A DNA stretch of 62,000 nucleotides from positions 1,364,001 to 1,426,000 of the forward strand of contig NW_019091402.1 in NCBI RefSeq assembly GCF_001949145.1, given 5' to 3'. The DNA comes from Acanthaster planci (taxonomy: Eukaryota). Position 1 is the first letter of the stretch, and every line of letters begins with the position of its first letter. Made by a program: the position numbers and the translations under genes. Shown here piece after piece: positions 58,440 through 62,000 of this stretch. The notes under the pieces were generated by a model. That model saw nothing but the letters and a program-made list of their open reading frames with translations, did not search any database and was not told the origin of the DNA.

Positions 58440-61039
58440 GTCCATAGGCAGTCCACTACAGTCTACCACAGTGTATGTACTGGTTTCACCGTACCAATGA
58501 ATGCTGCATTAAATGTTGCTTTAATCCCCGAAACCAGACTACCGGTAGTGTAACCAGTATCTAGCATATACACTGTACCGGTACATGTACATGAATGTAA
58601 TATGCATGCTTGGCCAAATGAGGCTTTCCAATGTGTGAACAATACGTGTGGGGTGAAATACATGTCTGGTCAAACTAAAGGGCACGTAGAAATTGACACA
58701 ATTTGTTGCACGTACCGTACGGTGTACACTGCACCTTCTGGTACATGAAAATCATTTTTCAAACAGAATTTAGACTGAATGTTTGTGGCGCATCAAAAGA
58801 TGAGGAACTGCTGTACAGTATTTCACTTGTTAATCCCAGCACACTGCAACCGACAAAACAGCGTCCCCGCAACAAGCTCTTGGTGGCTCACTTGAAAGTC
58901 AATTGTCCTGCCAAGAAGCTTTAAAAGAACACAAACAGGTTGGAAAAAAACAACCCACCGCCCAGCACTTCTTGGCAAAGAAAGCAATCTCAAGATGTGC
59001 ATAAATTGTTCATTACAAAGGAAAAACGAAGCCTTGATTCACATCCGTCAATCCTCTTTTCCCGATAAAGCTCTATCCTTAAGGACACCATGATTGACCT
59101 CTTCGTTCCTGCCTGCTCCCCGACAGTCCATTTTCGGCGACGAGAAATGTCGGGTGTTTTTCCACAAATCCATCTCCCGCCGAGACGGCCACTGCTGGAT
59201 ATCTCCGAGAAAACTTCAACAGGGGTTTGGAAAGGTTCAACGTTGCGGGGGCTTCGAGAGCAATCACACACTCCGGCGGCCGAGAGGAGAGAAAACCTGA
59301 CTGACGAGGGGCTTTCAGCCCACTCAGAAGTGTGGCGCGGGGTTTGCATTTCAGCATGGCAGACCGAAGATGAGTAGCGATCGGAAACTTTGCTATGAAG
59401 CACGGCTTGGCATGATGTGTTGACTTTGCACACTATAAAGTGCACGATGACAGCCACTGACAGCTGTTTGAAATTATTCACAATACTCTCTCTCCATAAA
59501 ATACTGCTTATCTTTAGCAGGAAAAAAAAAATTCCTAAAAAGATGGCATATATACATGTACATCGGCATCATTGACACATGTACATGAACATGTAGGAAG
59601 CAGATACGTGTGTTTTGTCATGGTTGATTTGTTGGTTTTGTATAAATTTATATCGACTCAGAGATAGAATGGCCATTGAGACGACAGAGTGTGACGACTG
59701 CGATGTGCTCTCTGACTTAATACACTGAATTATCCAAACAAACGGAAGGTGTTTATTGCCTTTTTCTGGACAGCACTAAAAGCCCGTGTCAGGGAAGGGA
59801 CAGGAGCTGCAATAAATGCTCCAATTACCTACAACATCATAGTGTCAGCAGTAATTGTACTTCAGCTGGTTTAAAGTCATTAGAGAAATGGCGGCAGGCA
59901 CTCTGAATAATTCAAACACAGATGCAATGTACGTACATTAAACACCCCAGACATGTACGGTACATGTAGGCAACAATTCTTTTCTCAGATGTACTCTCTT
60001 CAAGAGCAAATTTATCTTCTATTCCGGTGTACTGGTACACACATGTACATGTGACATCCAAGCGCAATGAAACCTCTCTCCGTTTTTCTGGACATTGGGG
60101 GGTGTCTCTGTGATGTCATTCAGGGAAGACAAAGTTCATGTTCTTCTGTTCAATTTGTGCATCCAAAATCTCAACGAAAACGATTCTGTGAAAGGGTGTT
60201 TCCCTTTGCAATAAATGGAAGTTGATGGTATTCAAGTGTCGGCCATCTTGACTTGAGAGTGAGGTTAACCTTTTCAGTCTGGGAACCTGAGTAACAATAG
60301 CAGCAATGATTGAACGAAATACAAATATGCATTACCATCTCATGCTACATGTAGCTTATGTTTCATTCAATATTTTAATAATTCAAAAAAATTTGTTACA
60401 AATCTAAATATTTTAGACGATATTAAAAAAAGTGAAAGTGAGGCTTCTACTAGAATAGTCTGGTACGACCCCATTAAACTGATTAGATTGATTATTATGG
60501 GTTCGAAATAGATGTAGGTCCAAAATGGCTTCCCCAGGGTCTTTTGGCGTTAGCATAACGACCAAAATGAACCCAAAATTCTTTTTGAGATACCGGTAGC
60601 AAAGCCACAAATAAAGGCAAATTTTACAATTTTTACAATGACAAAACCCGTCCGACTTAATCTGCTGGTTTGACTGCTCAGACAAGAGGGACTTTGATCG
60701 GGTTTTGACAAAGTGGGGGGAAGAAAATTGACACAAGTGCTTAAATAAGATGAGTGGACGTTGGCCAGTGGAACGTTGTGAGCAGCCTACAGTAGACAGA
60801 TGCTCTCAGTTTAACCATGCTCATTTGTTTAGTTCTAATATTTCCCATACCGGCATTGTTATCTTTTTTTCCCAGGTTCCAAGCTGGAAATGGAGTCGTG
60901 CCCTTTGTTAACTGCGCATGCAGAGTACTAAGCTGCTTCAAACGTCTGGAGGAACCAGAGGAAAAACTGTGGAAGTTGCTGATTGATAAAAATCTGGCTC
61001 AGATGATGTTGGGGGGTGTGCGAGTTTGTTTCTGCATTC

Positions 61040-61440
61040 NNNNNNNNNNNNNNNNNNNNNNNNNNNNNNNNNNNNNNNNNNNNNNNNNNNNNNNNNNNNN
61101 NNNNNNNNNNNNNNNNNNNNNNNNNNNNNNNNNNNNNNNNNNNNNNNNNNNNNNNNNNNNNNNNNNNNNNNNNNNNNNNNNNNNNNNNNNNNNNNNNNNN
61201 NNNNNNNNNNNNNNNNNNNNNNNNNNNNNNNNNNNNNNNNNNNNNNNNNNNNNNNNNNNNNNNNNNNNNNNNNNNNNNNNNNNNNNNNNNNNNNNNNNNN
61301 NNNNNNNNNNNNNNNNNNNNNNNNNNNNNNNNNNNNNNNNNNNNNNNNNNNNNNNNNNNNNNNNNNNNNNNNNNNNNNNNNNNNNNNNNNNNNNNNNNNN
61401 NNNNNNNNNNNNNNNNNNNNNNNNNNNNNNNNNNNNNNNN
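61040..61440. other. Assembly gap (N run)
   Basis: 401 N. Confidence 0.99.
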
Positions 61441-62000
61441 GTTGTAAAAAGATCCTGCATGTAAACAGATTGATGCGTGCGGTTCCAGAACGGGCTATTC
61501 ACAATGGTGCACCTCCAAGAGTTTGCAACGCGTTGACCAATCCCAATGCATGAAATCTGTTGACCCTTTCCAAGTACGCACTGCGTCGACAGATTTCGTG
61601 CACTGTGATTGGTCAACATGTTACAAACTCTTGGAGGCGCACTGTTGTGAAATGCCTGTATTGTGTTTTATGGTACACTGTAGCTTCATATTTGAGGGAA
61701 GAACCTCCGCTCTTTTGATGCCAGCGTTTAACTTTATAAAAGGATTCTGTGTATTCTCAATTGGGCAACATGCATCATGGGAGCCCACTTACTGTATAAT
61801 GTCTACATGCATGCATCAATCTTCTCTCTCCCTGCCATGAAAGTCAGAGTACCGTGACAAGAAGGACCAAATGAGAACTTCCATATCCAGGGATGTGAGG
61901 GCTGAAGGGTGCCGTCTGTTTGCCAGTCTGGGTCCGATGGTACTTGAAATTTTCCGGACCGTGCAGACTATTCAACATACATGTAAAGGGAGGTCTGGAG

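Noticed and set aside
60817..61619. ORFs of 143-215 aa
   Set aside because: They span the N gap and the non-N parts show no recognisable protein.

Overview
Eukaryotic (animal) genomic DNA with GT-AG spliceosomal introns and two assembly gaps; the repeat style suggests a marine invertebrate (low confidence). Four intron-containing genes can be spliced by hand with consistent intron phases. (1) The 3' seven coding exons of EIF3I (+, 36-4255). (2) A complete ARMC1 (-, 6018-9190, 280 aa). (3) A complete MTFR1/MTFR2-family gene (+, 11260-14780, 376 aa), head-to-head with ARMC1 across a compact CCAAT/YY1-rich promoter. (4) A PDE7-type cAMP phosphodiesterase (-, 22258-50393, at least 895 aa; first exon uncertain) with a ~480-aa disordered C-terminal extension. 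The ARMC1<- ->MTFR-> <-PDE7 order and orientation match the human ARMC1-MTFR1-PDE7A block. The rest is intron/UTR with hairpin MITEs, a hAT-type MITE, tRNA-derived SINEs, minisatellites and many TACATGTA palindromes. There are no prokaryotic features and no CRISPR array. Homology calls rest on recalled protein sequences, not on database searches.
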